Shown: positions 8,858 to 19,536 of the stretch, piece after piece
How positions within the stretch are numbered: the stretch's first letter is position 1
Layout of the letters: each line of letters opens with the position of its first letter
Assembly: GCA_965228855.1 (NCBI GenBank)
Contig: CBDDIJ010000002.1
Span: 1,600,001-1,664,000, forward strand
DNA length: 64,000 nucleotides
Direction: 5' to 3'
Source: Candidatus Obscuribacterales bacterium
Lineage (GTDB): Bacteria > Cyanobacteriota > Vampirovibrionia > Obscuribacterales > Obscuribacteraceae
Program-made: the position numbers and the translations under genes
Notes under the pieces: generated by a model
Told to the model about the DNA's origin: nothing
The model's database searches: none
The model's input: the letters and a program-made list of their open reading frames with translations, nothing else

Positions 8858-11800
8858 GCAACAACAAGCTGCAGTTTTCAGTGTTGATAAGAACGTTCTT
8901 GTATCGGCTGGAGCTGGTTCCGGTAAGACTCACGTCCTGGTCGAACGGTATGTCGAGATTCTGCGAAACGATCCGGTGCTCACCGTAGACGGTATCATCG
9001 CCGTGACCTTTACTAGAAAAGCGGCAGGCGAAATGCGTACGCGTTTGAAATCTCGCTTTCGCCAACTCACCGAGGAGGAGCCGGATTCGGATAAATGGAG
9101 ACAATGTTTAGCCGACATCGATTCAGCGAGAATTGGAACGATTCACTCGCTTTGCGAAACGATTCTAAAAGCCTTTCCCGCCGAGTGCGGCATCGATCCG
9201 CAAGTGGAAGTTATAGATGAAGTGACTCAAGCGCAGCTTCTCGAAGAGAGTATCGATCAGACTTTCCGCGAGATAATCGGCGACACTTTGCCGGAAATCA
9301 AACTGTTGACCGAGCATAACATCGAAGAGATTCGCAACTGGGTTAAGCAGATGTTGGCTGCCAGCCTGCAATTCGAAGAAGCTTCCGGCATTTTGCTGGA
9401 CCTGAGTGATGAAGATTTGCTTGCGAGGTTAAACGAGACCCGTCATCGTATTCAGCGCCGGCTGCTTCAGGACGTAATTTCGAAGCAGGATTGGAAGCAG
9501 GCTTACTCATACTTGGCGGAGACTTTTGCTCGCGACAAGCTGGAGCAGTTGCGTTTGAGTATCGTGCAGGCCGCTGACGAGATCATTCGCCAGTCGGCTC
9601 AGTCGGCCACGACTCAAGAGGATTCTGCGGAACTCTGGCGTGGTTTGGAGATTATCGCTGCCGCGGAGTTGCGGGTTGGCGGTCATAGTGACGAGGCCAA
9701 AGCGATTAAAGAGCGCATTGGAGTGCTCAGGTCGATCGCCCGCAAGGTGCTCGGTAAGCCGGCGCTGCCGCCAAGTATCACCAGTGATGATCTGGTGCGT
9801 TTCGAAGACGAGCGGCATTGTGCCAGCCTGTTTTATCGAGCGCAGAGAAACTATGCTGAGCGAAAAAAACTGGAATTGAAGCTCGACTACAACGATCTTA
9901 TCGGGCTGGCATACAAGGCGCTCGCAGGAGAAGATTCACCCGCTCGCCAGCATTATCAAGATCGAGTCCGTGCGATATTGGTCGATGAGTTTCAAGATAC
10001 AAACACCATACAAGCTCAATTCATCAGCTTTCTGGCTGGGCCAAAGACGCGACTGTTTCTAATTGGCGACGATAAGCAGTCAATTTACAAATTTCAGGGT
10101 GCTGATGTCTCGAACTTCAATGAATGGAAGTCGCTGATGGCCCTTCCGTCTGATGCACCGGGACGTCGTGTCAGCGGCGAATCACTGGTCACGAAGCTGA
10201 CTGTCTCCTTCCGGAGTCATCCGAATGTGGTTGCCTTCGTTAACGGCATTTTTTCGAACTTGCTTGCAAAAACCACAGACGTTCCGTATCGCGCAGATTT
10301 TGAACCGCTGTCAACATTCCGGAAAGTTAGTTTGGACAATCGCACCATCGGTAGTGCCGCTGCAAGAGAAAATGTTGGTGTCGCATTCGCTGGGAATGTT
10401 GCGGCAGCAGGTTTCAGCGGCGCATCGGCAGGAGGAGGGGTTGCTTCTCTGACTGCTACAACGGGGGCGGCACTTAATGTCAGTGACTCCACGATGGTCG
10501 AGCCCAAACAGCTCAGCCTGTTTGAGATGCTGAGCGGAAGCGGTTCTTCTGAAACATTTGCTTCCACTCCGACCCAGCCACCATCAACCGGAACCTCATC
10601 GTCGACATCAGCGGAAGGTCCAGTGGAGCCAGGTTCGCCTGTGCTCGTTTCCTCGAAATCGGAGTTGCTATCTGATCAGTTGAAACCGGAGGACGATACA
10701 GCCGAAGATTTCTCTCCACCTGATTCCATTGCAAACGTTCAAATGGTTGTTTTCGATGCTGCCGATGATGAGGGAGAGCGGGACAGTGAGCTGTCTTCGC
10801 TTACAGAGTCGCGAGCCGTGGCTAAGTGGATACAAGATCTGGTCAAGAATCAGGCGCCATTAATCGACAACGACGGTCGGTTTCAGCGCGCTCTGAAGTA
10901 TGGAGATTTTGCAGTCCTCGTTCCGAAGAACAGCAACTTCCCAGTCATCGAAAGAGCGCTGGCTGAGCGCGAGATCCCATATGTCACATTTGCTGGACGT
11001 GGTTTTCTCAACCGCCAGGAAGTCATAGACATCGAGAACCTGCTCTACTTCCTGGGAAATCCTCAAGATTCACATGCACTGTTTGGTACGCTTCGCTCGC
11101 CGATGTTCGCCTTGAGCGACGACACATTACACGAACTATACTTGAGCGCCCGAGCCGAAACTCCTGATATCACGCTTTGGGATGCTTTGCGCAAGGCTGT
11201 CTCGGCTAGAAGAGCCGGTTACGAGATGGTATTGCGGGCGGTGAGCGAACTGCGACGCTTCATGGACGACGCTGCGCGTTTGAATCTTACTTCGTTGATT
11301 CGAAAGATCATTCAGAGGACCAGTTATGACCTGGCTCTGATGAGTGCTGACAACGGGAAGCAGCGTGCGCGCAATTTGTGGAAACTTGTCGCAATCGCGA
11401 AAGATCATGAAGAACTTTCCTTCTTTGAATTCGCGAACCGACTTACGCTGATGCGCGATTTCGAGTTGAAACAGACGGATGCACCTTTTGAAAGTCATGA
11501 TGCGGTAAAACTCATGACCATTCACGCCTCGAAAGGCCTGGAGTTTCCCGCGGTGGCTTTGCCCTGCCTCTCCGGACGGCTTCTGGGTCAAGAGCGCAAG
11601 CTGATTTTCCACCGCAATTATGGTTTCGCACTTGATACCTCCCGCGGTGAATCCGAGCAACGTCCAGTCTGGTATCGCTATGCAAGACAGTTGGATCAAG
11701 ACATGGAAGTGGCTGAGCGGAAGCGCTTGCTCTATGTAGGTATGACTCGCGCCCGTGATTACCTCGCGATGTTTCTCGAAAAGGACATTGGGCAGCAAGC

Positions 11801-12590
11801 TGAATCATTCAGATTGTGGCTTGCCGACATTCTTGATATCGATTTTCACGGACCTGAAGATGAGCTTGGAATGCGCAAGTTGAACTTTTCTGGTGGACAG
11901 GCAGAATATAGTTTGTCAGTAGTCGATCGTAATGACGTCGAGCCGGAGCAACTTGAGTCGCTTAGTGATGAAGGCGCTGAGGAAAGCCAGGTTCAATACT
12001 CACTGATTGAACCGATTCTGCCTAACCCCATCGAGCCGAACTCGCGCTGGAAAGGTTGGACCAGGGTGACACCTTCTAAAGATACTGTTGATAAGCCACT
12101 CGATGCTACTGTGGTTGGAGTTTTCCTGCACACTGTGCTGGAACATATGCCACCGTCTCTGGTTCGCCCAGATGAGAGTACCCTGACAAGTTTAGCTCTG
12201 ATGCAAGGCAGTGCAGTCGCACATCCAGAACGTCTAAAGTTGCTGATTGCCGAAGGCAACAAGCTTCTCGACATCTTTTACGAGAGCGAGCTGTTCAGTT
12301 TGATGAAAGCTGCTCGACGCCGTTTAACGGAATTCCCATACGTCCTTCTGGGTGATATCGGCCTGGAATCGCGTCGCCCTGACTTGATCATCGAGGACGA
12401 GAACGGCGATTGGTTTATCATCGATTACAAAACCGATGCCGTCACAGAAGATGAGATACTATCTCAAGCGCGTCGCCACGCAGGTCAGCTCGAAACTTAT
12501 CGCCGAGATATCAAACAGTTGACCGGGCTGAATCCATCTACCAGGCTGTATTTTGCTAGACCGGGGAGACTCGTCGATCCGATGCGATAG
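8832..12590 (+). CDS. addA: AddA/RexA-like UvrD-type helicase-nuclease subunit A
   Basis: SAGAGSGKT, TFTRKAA, TIHS, VDEFQDTN, GDDKQSIYKFQGA, SFRS, MTIHASKGLEFP, LLYVGMTRARD, C-terminal RRPDL...IDYKT nuclease. Confidence 0.92.
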   Translation: MKSVTSLTEQQQAAVFSVDKNVLVSAGAGSGKTHVLVERYVEILRNDPVLTVDGIIAVTFTRKAAGEMRTRLKSRFRQLTEEEPDSDKWRQCLADIDSARIGTIHSLCETILKAFPAECGIDPQVEVIDEVTQAQLLEESIDQTFREIIGDTLPEIKLLTEHNIEEIRNWVKQMLAASLQFEEASGILLDLSDEDLLARLNETRHRIQRRLLQDVISKQDWKQAYSYLAETFARDKLEQLRLSIVQAADEIIRQSAQSATTQEDSAELWRGLEIIAAAELRVGGHSDEAKAIKERIGVLRSIARKVLGKPALPPSITSDDLVRFEDERHCASLFYRAQRNYAERKKLELKLDYNDLIGLAYKALAGEDSPARQHYQDRVRAILVDEFQDTNTIQAQFISFLAGPKTRLFLIGDDKQSIYKFQGADVSNFNEWKSLMALPSDAPGRRVSGESLVTKLTVSFRSHPNVVAFVNGIFSNLLAKTTDVPYRADFEPLSTFRKVSLDNRTIGSAAARENVGVAFAGNVAAAGFSGASAGGGVASLTATTGAALNVSDSTMVEPKQLSLFEMLSGSGSSETFASTPTQPPSTGTSSSTSAEGPVEPGSPVLVSSKSELLSDQLKPEDDTAEDFSPPDSIANVQMVVFDAADDEGERDSELSSLTESRAVAKWIQDLVKNQAPLIDNDGRFQRALKYGDFAVLVPKNSNFPVIERALAEREIPYVTFAGRGFLNRQEVIDIENLLYFLGNPQDSHALFGTLRSPMFALSDDTLHELYLSARAETPDITLWDALRKAVSARRAGYEMVLRAVSELRRFMDDAARLNLTSLIRKIIQRTSYDLALMSADNGKQRARNLWKLVAIAKDHEELSFFEFANRLTLMRDFELKQTDAPFESHDAVKLMTIHASKGLEFPAVALPCLSGRLLGQERKLIFHRNYGFALDTSRGESEQRPVWYRYARQLDQDMEVAERKRLLYVGMTRARDYLAMFLEKDIGQQAESFRLWLADILDIDFHGPEDELGMRKLNFSGGQAEYSLSVVDRNDVEPEQLESLSDEGAEESQVQYSLIEPILPNPIEPNSRWKGWTRVTPSKDTVDKPLDATVVGVFLHTVLEHMPPSLVRPDESTLTSLALMQGSAVAHPERLKLLIAEGNKLLDIFYESELFSLMKAARRRLTEFPYVLLGDIGLESRRPDLIIEDENGDWFIIDYKTDAVTEDEILSQARRHAGQLETYRRDIKQLTGLNPSTRLYFARPGRLVDPMR

Positions 12591-12626
12591 AAAAAGAGAA
12601 AACTGCACGCCGATGGCTTGCAGTTT
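12591..12626 (-). terminator. Probable intrinsic terminator between convergent addA and EamA genes
   Basis: Stem AAACTGCA/TGCAGTTT with inner GCC/GGC, followed by a T-rich tract on the minus strand. Confidence 0.45.
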
Positions 12627-12734
12627 CCCCCGACTCGATCTTGTGTAGCCCGAGTTACATCCATTATGGCACAGGGTACTTTTATGAGTCGCACTGCGCG
12701 TCTTAGCGTTAAGCGTTTTATCTGTTTAAACTCG

Positions 12735-13820
12735 CTAGGCCTTTTTACCTGTGCGACTCGGCAATTTTGCGCCGACGCCGAGTAGTGTCACGGCGATTCC
12801 TATGTAAGTCATAAGTGACAACACTACTTCCTTTTCGAAGAAACCATCAACGACCAGCGCGATTATAGGCGGGAAAAACACAAGTTTACTTACTGCCATA
12901 AGGCTAATCCGTTTGAGCAGATAAAAGTAGCAGACGAAAGATATGATTGAACTGACAATTCCGAGGTAGGCTGCCGCCATTGTTGGCACCAGTGGCGGTG
13001 GCGCGCAGATGCCGCCGTTTTCCAGCAAGAAGCTGAGTGAGACGAAGCAGACCGCGCATACCGAAATGAAGATGCCGACGGAGACGAACGGATTCACGTT
13101 AGTTGTATGACGTTTTAAAATGACGCCGGAGATGGAGGTGAGAATAACTGAAGTGACCAGAAAGATTACGCCTTCTCCTTGATTCGCCGACACTTGCAGG
13201 CGATCACCGAAAATCATCAGAATGCCGACCATCGAAATGACCAGCCCGATTATTTGTCCACGCGACACCTTCTCTGTTTTACTGAGAAACAGAGCCAGAG
13301 CTGTTACAGCCGGTGTAGTCGTAGAAATGATTGCCGCGAGTGCACCAGAAACGTAACGCTCCGCTGTGTAGACGAAGCCGAAACTGATTACGGACAGTAT
13401 GCTGCAAACAACTGTGTAAGCGATTGCTTTTCTTGGCGGAAGCTCCGCCTTGACGATTCGTGTGAGAAACAAAAAGGCGATGCCGGCGGCGGCAATAACG
13501 AATCTCCATGCACAAGCCGTAAATGGCTGGAAGGCGCCTGGCAGGACGCATTGCCGCACGGCGAACCAGGTTGTTCCCCAGATGAGAATGCATGCCAGGT
13601 AAGCGACGATTACGCCAATCTCGACGCCGGATTTACTTTTCGTCTCTGTAGTCTCTGCACTAGCTTGGTCTGTGGAACGCTCCGTCTCAATCATGGTTAT
13701 TGAGTGTTCAAGGGAATCCCGACTGTCGCCCATTTGTTCGGTCGGAATCAGCTCTGCAGAGCTGAGCTCTGCCGATGGGCTTGCCGCGTTTTCTTCTAAC
13801 CCGAGTGACGTGATTTTCAT
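12735..13820 (-). CDS. EamA/DMT family transporter
   Basis: LIWGTTWFAVR, FTACAWRF, about 10 TM segments in two EamA repeats; acidic N-terminal extension, start uncertain. Confidence 0.9.
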   Translation of the reverse strand: MKITSLGLEENAASPSAELSSAELIPTEQMGDSRDSLEHSITMIETERSTDQASAETTETKSKSGVEIGVIVAYLACILIWGTTWFAVRQCVLPGAFQPFTACAWRFVIAAAGIAFLFLTRIVKAELPPRKAIAYTVVCSILSVISFGFVYTAERYVSGALAAIISTTTPAVTALALFLSKTEKVSRGQIIGLVISMVGILMIFGDRLQVSANQGEGVIFLVTSVILTSISGVILKRHTTNVNPFVSVGIFISVCAVCFVSLSFLLENGGICAPPPLVPTMAAAYLGIVSSIISFVCYFYLLKRISLMAVSKLVFFPPIIALVVDGFFEKEVVLSLMTYIGIAVTLLGVGAKLPSRTGKKA

Positions 13821-13971
13821 AAGGTATTCGACCGGACTCCACCGATTCTCAAAAGATATTGCGCCAGATCAAGAATAGACCGGTCGTCTCGATGTCGTCA
13901 AGTGCCCCGAAATACTTCGTAGTGAAGTCTTTCCTAATCAACGTAAGTGCGCCGAAAGTAACTTCAAGGGG

Positions 13972-14655
13972 TCAAAGCGGGGGGCCGCTGTGGTCACCCT
14001 CGAATGGATTATTCGCGTCCTCTTTGTCCGCGCCGATTGGATCTTCAAACAAATCGTATTTTGCTGGAATCATGAACATATCCGGGCCGAGCGGGTCTTT
14101 GCTGTAGCTCGTCAACTTTACCTGCCAGGTCACAGAGCCTTTCGTTTTGCCCTGGGCGAGGACGAGAACTTCTGTTTTAGTGTCAAACCAATAATCGATT
14201 GTATCGTTGCGTTTTGTGCGTAAATCGAAGTTATATCCGCGGCAGGTGTGTCCGTCGATAGTTTTCTCACCTAGTGAATTGAGCTTTCCGACCCACGAAT
14301 GAGCTTTTAACCAGCCTTCATCGAAAGTGAAGTTATTTCCGTTTTTCAACAGAGTCCAGGTCGCGAGTTTCTCTTTCGCGTCGAGCCAGTATTCTCTGCC
14401 GACAGTGTGGTCGTCAATTCGCCTGTAGTTGGTGATCGGCTGGAAGCGCGAATCATCGATAAAAACCTTATGACCTTTGCCATCCGACGACATTTTGAAA
14501 GTCGTTTTCTTCTCCAATTTGCTCGGCGTGCGGTCGTATGTCGCAGTGTAAGCCTGCGTCGTATACGGTACTGCGTGCGAGTTGTCTGCTCCGCAACTGG
14601 ACAACGTTGCAATCGACAAAGACAGAAGAAGGATATTTGTGATTTTTTGTCTCAC
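13972..14655 (-). CDS. Hypothetical lipoprotein (DUF4412/LolA-like beta-rich)
   Basis: From GTG 14655: VRQKITNILLLSLSIATLSSC lipobox; LGEKTIDGHTCRGY...YWFD and MFMIPAKY are typical of DUF4412-like proteins. Confidence 0.7.
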   Translation of the reverse strand: MRQKITNILLLSLSIATLSSCGADNSHAVPYTTQAYTATYDRTPSKLEKKTTFKMSSDGKGHKVFIDDSRFQPITNYRRIDDHTVGREYWLDAKEKLATWTLLKNGNNFTFDEGWLKAHSWVGKLNSLGEKTIDGHTCRGYNFDLRTKRNDTIDYWFDTKTEVLVLAQGKTKGSVTWQVKLTSYSKDPLGPDMFMIPAKYDLFEDPIGADKEDANNPFEGDHSGPPL

Positions 14656-14764
14656 GTCCAAACCCTTTGAATGGTTATTGCCACAGAGAGATCTTACCCC
14701 TTTTTGCAAGGGCGTGGTACGGCGTACTTTTCAGTGTCTCAAAACATTTGCGTTCGATTCCCCT

Positions 14765-17700
14765 CTAGGGGCGACGCGGATCCGGACCTGGCGGTTGCTG
14801 TTGCTGACGTGCCTTCCGAGCCTCATCGTAGGCCTTGAAGAACTGCGGTGTGATTAGCGGTCTGAACGATGCCGGGAAGTTCTTTTGAGCATCTGCAAAT
14901 GCTTCCGGAGTCTTAAGCCGCTCTGCGATCTGTTGAGGATTCGCCAGCAAGAGGTGAACGAATTCTGGTCCGCCTTGCTTCTGGAGCATGTCCTGTAGAT
15001 CTTTGGCAGTCTGGTTGAATTGATCGCCTTTGAATGAATTGAGTGCCTCTGGTGTCTTCGACGCCGCATCGAAAAATGCGTCGAGGTTTTGTGGCGTTAT
15101 GACACCGGCAGGCAGTCTCAGATCAAGGGCTAGTTGCTGCATCTTCGCTATCACTGCTGGATTCAAACCGTACTTGTCGGTCAGCTCCTTGGCTTGCGCC
15201 TCGCTGATGCCGGTCTCGGGGCTGGCTGGTTTGTCTGCATGGTTAGCGATATTCGGATCTAAGCCGCGATTGTCACCCATCGGTTTCAACTCGCCTGATT
15301 TCAAGTCCAGCCTCATAAGCTTCCCGCCGACGTCATAAACTGCTTCGACGGCTGCCGGGTTGCGGCGCGCTTCTTCGCTGGTCGCTGGAGCACTAAGGCG
15401 CGCTCCTACCTTCTGGCCTTGTGCGTCCAGGATTTCGGTAGGCGCTACGTCGTTGTTGTCGGCGTAGTTGAATTTGAACTTGCCACTACCGGCAGTGTCT
15501 GGGGATTCGACGATTCGTCCCTGGGCGTCAACCGTCATTGTGCGTTGCTTGCCGGTGATGTCGGTCGAAACTCGGGTGGTGCCGTTGGTTTCGGTTCTCA
15601 CACCCATCCGATCGTAAGTGACTTCGCCACTCTTGAACTCGGGCGGATTTTTCTCTTTGCCGTCCGGACCCAGCACTGCTTCTCGCAGTTTGCCGTCTTT
15701 CGGTTTTTCTAAACGCGTTCCGTTCGGTCCTTTTGTTTCAACCTGCGTCAGAGCAAGTTGACCTTCCGGAAGCGGTTCGTATTTAAATGTCGTAGTCTCG
15801 GTTTTTCCATCCGGCAGTGCCCGGGTCATTTCGGTCAGCGCCCCGTTTCCGTCGCGCTTCAAGCTTGAACCGTCCGGGAACTTGCGCCCGATTTCAATTC
15901 CGGATTTATCGATGGTCGATACCGATTTGTCCGGATTGACCATCGCGACATTGCCGTCAGTGCCGGTGACACCAACGTTTCCGTTGTCGTACATCTTCAT
16001 GTCGCCGTTGAAGGACTTACCATCTACGGTCCAGGTCGGCTTGGTCGTGCCGTCGCCGGGCTTGGTCATTTGCCACTTCTGACCACGGGCATCGTAAACC
16101 GTCGGCACGTTTCCTTCTTTTGTGGTCAAACGCCCGTTCGATTCATACTTATCGCCATTCTTTCCGACGATATCGAAGGCACCGCCAGGTTTTTCGACAT
16201 GAGTGCCGGTGAATGAAGCTTCAACTTTATCACCGCGTTTGATCGTCCATTCTGACGTGCCTGGTGGAGTTGACTGGTCGGCAGGTATGCTTTTGCCCTT
16301 CAGAATTTGTCTGTCGCCTTGCTGGTAGCCTCGGAATTCTCCGTTGATTCCATATATGGGAGTGATTGCCTCGGCGCCTTTGTGCGTGACAATGCGTTTT
16401 GGTTGTCCGGCACCATCTGTGGTGACTCTTCGTTCGTCTTTGTACAGCGCATCTATCTCTCCGGTCTTCGGATCGATCATGGCTGTTTTGGGTATCTCGC
16501 TGGTCGCTACCCTCGGGTCATCGAATGTTACCACTCCGCTCGCATCCTGTGTGCCTTTTGCCCACTGGACGCGTCCGTCTCTACCTACGGAACCGGTGTT
16601 GTATAAGGTGTCAGTTTGGCCGTTGTTGGTGTAAGTCATCTTTCCGGCTTTCCAGTCACCGACCGTGAACTTGGAGCCATTGCTGAATTCGACTTCATAG
16701 CCGTTGCTTGCCGTGCCGTCTGATTTCGCGCTCGTATCGCGCGTCATCTTCGTCGGCCTGTTAAAGGCCTGATCCTTGAAGACTACTGTGGTCTTGCCGT
16801 TGACGGTCGTCGCTGTACCTTCTCTCCAACCGTCTTCCGGATTGCCTTTCGAACCGTATCCGTCCCAGAATTTCTTTGGACCTATTGTTCCATCCGGATT
16901 CTCACGAATTCGTGAGTATTCACGCATGTCATATGTGTCTCGTCCGCCATTGCCGCGAACGATCTCTTTTATGTTCTTGTCAGCGGACTCGAAGACCAGG
17001 TCGCCCTTTTCGTTGGTCGAAAAATCACCGGGGATTTTTCCGCTGGCGTCGGCGACAGCTTTATCAAAACCAGGAACCTTCTGACCCTTTGGATTAGTCT
17101 GCCACGAACCATCCTGGTTGCGTTCGACACTGACGTGCTGAGCCGGTTGACCATTGCGAGGCGGAATGTCGATTTCCATTCCGGTCATTTTGCCGTTCGC
17201 ATCGCGCGTAAATTTGTAGCTTTCTCCAGCGCGACGTCCTTGTGTGAACTCCATGCCGGTTAGCTTGCCATCAGCATCTTTAAACAGAAACTGACCGCTC
17301 TCACCGCGCTCAATGGTTCCCTTCGTTACGACATCGCCTTGTTTCGCTTCCCAGGTTCCCGCTTTGTAGTCTCTAGTTTCAGTGCGGTTTTTCTGTGCAT
17401 CGACCGTGGTGATTTTGTCACCATCTGTGGTGCGCGAGAAGATTACTTTGCCGTCGGGTGAGGTGACGGAGACATCACCTTGACCAGGCTTTTGTCCTTT
17501 TGATGGGTCTGCATCGAAGGACCGTGTTCTGTTGCCCGTTGCTGCATCTGTGGACTCGACATAATGGCGATCTTTGCCATCGGGGCCTTTCTCGAGACCA
17601 TCTTGCGCTCGAACCTGCGGCTTGCCGCTGCCGTCGAGACCAATCCGCATTGCGGAGCGCCCGTGGTCAGTTTTAGCTTTATCCAGTTGCAGAGTGACCG

Positions 17701-19366
17701 TGCCGTCATTGTTTCTAGTGAAGCCGGTGACGTTGCCGAAATCTTTGATGTCTTTGAATTGCTGGTCGCTCAGGTTGAGATCCAAGCCCGTTGCTTGCTT
17801 GAACTCGGCTGCGTTTTTGGGACCTTTGCCTGCTTCCCAGTTGGTCGTGGCGCCTGCTGCCGTCTCAGTGACGGTGCGACCCGTTGACTTGTCTGTCGTG
17901 ACCGTAGTACCGTCAGCGCGGACTTCACGAGTTCTGTTTGCATCGAGCTGTTCGCTCTGCACCACAGGTGGTGTCTTGACTTTCGCCGCTTCCTCAGGCG
18001 TAAACGCGGTGCCGTCAGCTTTCTTGAACGTGTACTGCGCCGGTGGACCCGGTTTGTAATCGCTGCTGGCAATGCCGTCTGCGTTGTTTGCCGGATAGGT
18101 TGTAGAGACTGTGCCATCGGCGGCGGTGGCACGAGTCCAGGCCGCCTTGCCTGCCTTGGCGTCTTCTGTAGACTGGAAGCCCGTAACCTGTTGTCTACCG
18201 TCAGGAGCGATCGCGGAGATTTCGTAGCCCGGTTTAGTCGGATCGCCGGTTGTAACTTGTCTTTCGGTCTTGGTCGATCCGTCACGATTTACAGACTTCA
18301 GCATCAGCCCATCGTTTTGTGGGCTTGGCGCGTATTCGGTTTCTGAGACGATACCGCTTGGATGGTCCGCTGGAGCCTTAAGTTCTCTCAGGCGTCCCTG
18401 AGGGTCTCCTGGCGGAAATACGGTATCGGAAACCATATTCCTGCCGATTCTAGTTTCGGAGCCGTCACCGGCCTGGTTCTCACTCTTCAGCACCAGTGGT
18501 GGGCGTTCTGCCGTAGGCGTTCTGCCAAGTACCAGACCTTCTATAGAGGTACCATCCGACGCCTTGGGATAATTCTTCGAGGCTGTCTTATCGTCAAAGT
18601 CCACGAAACGCAAGCCGGTCTCTTTGCTGCCGGTCGCTTCTGTTTTATAACCTGGTTCGTCGCCGTTCGGCTTGACGGTTGCGGTGTAGCGCAGATCATC
18701 TTGCGAGTTGGGCGGCGCCAATTTCATTTCCGCGCCTGGAACTCCCGGCACCTGGGCAACTTCAGTGCCACCTCGTGCATCGGTGTATTTGAAAGCACCT
18801 TTTGTCGTGCCGTCCGGCATCGTAAATTCGCCGCCGGCCCCTGCGAAAATCCGATTCGCTTCTTTGAGCTGTGCTTCGGTAGCCGGCTTCATTTCAACTT
18901 TGCCGTCAGCGCCTTTCACGCCAACGAGAGTCTCGCCGTTTTTAAAAGTCATTGAAGAAAAACGGTCTTTTTCTGGCAGTTGGCTCTGCAATGAAGTGTC
19001 GGCGAAATTTAAGTTGGTGGAACCATCGCCATTAAATGTATGCGAAACACCTTTGAGTGCAGCGGTCTCATAAGTGCGAGTTACCGCTCCAGCGGCATCC
19101 CGCGTCTCCTTGAAGCCTTGAGCTTTCAGTACTGCTTCTTGCGTACTCTCGAGCTGATTGAATTGTGGCTGTAGCTTCTCTGCGGTGGTCGTCCCGACAG
19201 AATCGGTTCCCCAGTTCGCATTCGGCAACCCCGCCTGTGCTGCGGTGTCTGTCGCCTTCGGCAAATCATTGAAGCGCGCACTGAAGATCTCAGGCTGAAA
19301 ATTGGGCTGAGTCTGCTCCGCTGGTCTGTCCGTTGTCTGTGGTTGGGGTTTGTCTGCTGCTACCAT
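14765..19366 (-). CDS. Giant orphan protein (1533 aa), G/T/D/K-rich beta-hairpin repeats with a C-terminal helical domain
   Basis: 4.6-kb uninterrupted ORF; recurring xDG(T/K) turns; no Sec signal peptide; paralogous to the neighbouring ORF. Confidence 0.9.
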   Translation of the reverse strand: MVAADKPQPQTTDRPAEQTQPNFQPEIFSARFNDLPKATDTAAQAGLPNANWGTDSVGTTTAEKLQPQFNQLESTQEAVLKAQGFKETRDAAGAVTRTYETAALKGVSHTFNGDGSTNLNFADTSLQSQLPEKDRFSSMTFKNGETLVGVKGADGKVEMKPATEAQLKEANRIFAGAGGEFTMPDGTTKGAFKYTDARGGTEVAQVPGVPGAEMKLAPPNSQDDLRYTATVKPNGDEPGYKTEATGSKETGLRFVDFDDKTASKNYPKASDGTSIEGLVLGRTPTAERPPLVLKSENQAGDGSETRIGRNMVSDTVFPPGDPQGRLRELKAPADHPSGIVSETEYAPSPQNDGLMLKSVNRDGSTKTERQVTTGDPTKPGYEISAIAPDGRQQVTGFQSTEDAKAGKAAWTRATAADGTVSTTYPANNADGIASSDYKPGPPAQYTFKKADGTAFTPEEAAKVKTPPVVQSEQLDANRTREVRADGTTVTTDKSTGRTVTETAAGATTNWEAGKGPKNAAEFKQATGLDLNLSDQQFKDIKDFGNVTGFTRNNDGTVTLQLDKAKTDHGRSAMRIGLDGSGKPQVRAQDGLEKGPDGKDRHYVESTDAATGNRTRSFDADPSKGQKPGQGDVSVTSPDGKVIFSRTTDGDKITTVDAQKNRTETRDYKAGTWEAKQGDVVTKGTIERGESGQFLFKDADGKLTGMEFTQGRRAGESYKFTRDANGKMTGMEIDIPPRNGQPAQHVSVERNQDGSWQTNPKGQKVPGFDKAVADASGKIPGDFSTNEKGDLVFESADKNIKEIVRGNGGRDTYDMREYSRIRENPDGTIGPKKFWDGYGSKGNPEDGWREGTATTVNGKTTVVFKDQAFNRPTKMTRDTSAKSDGTASNGYEVEFSNGSKFTVGDWKAGKMTYTNNGQTDTLYNTGSVGRDGRVQWAKGTQDASGVVTFDDPRVATSEIPKTAMIDPKTGEIDALYKDERRVTTDGAGQPKRIVTHKGAEAITPIYGINGEFRGYQQGDRQILKGKSIPADQSTPPGTSEWTIKRGDKVEASFTGTHVEKPGGAFDIVGKNGDKYESNGRLTTKEGNVPTVYDARGQKWQMTKPGDGTTKPTWTVDGKSFNGDMKMYDNGNVGVTGTDGNVAMVNPDKSVSTIDKSGIEIGRKFPDGSSLKRDGNGALTEMTRALPDGKTETTTFKYEPLPEGQLALTQVETKGPNGTRLEKPKDGKLREAVLGPDGKEKNPPEFKSGEVTYDRMGVRTETNGTTRVSTDITGKQRTMTVDAQGRIVESPDTAGSGKFKFNYADNNDVAPTEILDAQGQKVGARLSAPATSEEARRNPAAVEAVYDVGGKLMRLDLKSGELKPMGDNRGLDPNIANHADKPASPETGISEAQAKELTDKYGLNPAVIAKMQQLALDLRLPAGVITPQNLDAFFDAASKTPEALNSFKGDQFNQTAKDLQDMLQKQGGPEFVHLLLANPQQIAERLKTPEAFADAQKNFPASFRPLITPQFFKAYDEARKARQQQQPPGPDPRRP

Positions 19367-19536
19367 ATTCGCGATTCTACCTAGCCAAGGCTGTTCGAGG
19401 AAGTGACATACTGCGGGCGCATATCACTAGGGATATTGCATCATAAGGGACGTTTGTGACTTTATCGTTACCTCTATGTATGCCCGTCTAATCTTTCTTC
19501 CAAGCCCTTACCAGCGCTTTATTTTCGGTATCGGCT

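Noticed and set aside
10323..10734. Intein in AddA
   Set aside because: No Cys/Ser-start and His-Asn-end splice motifs or LAGLIDADG blocks; low-complexity linker instead
14765..19366. Canonical RHS toxin
   Set aside because: No regular YD repeats, no PxxxxDPxG cleavage motif, no VgrG/PAAR neighbours
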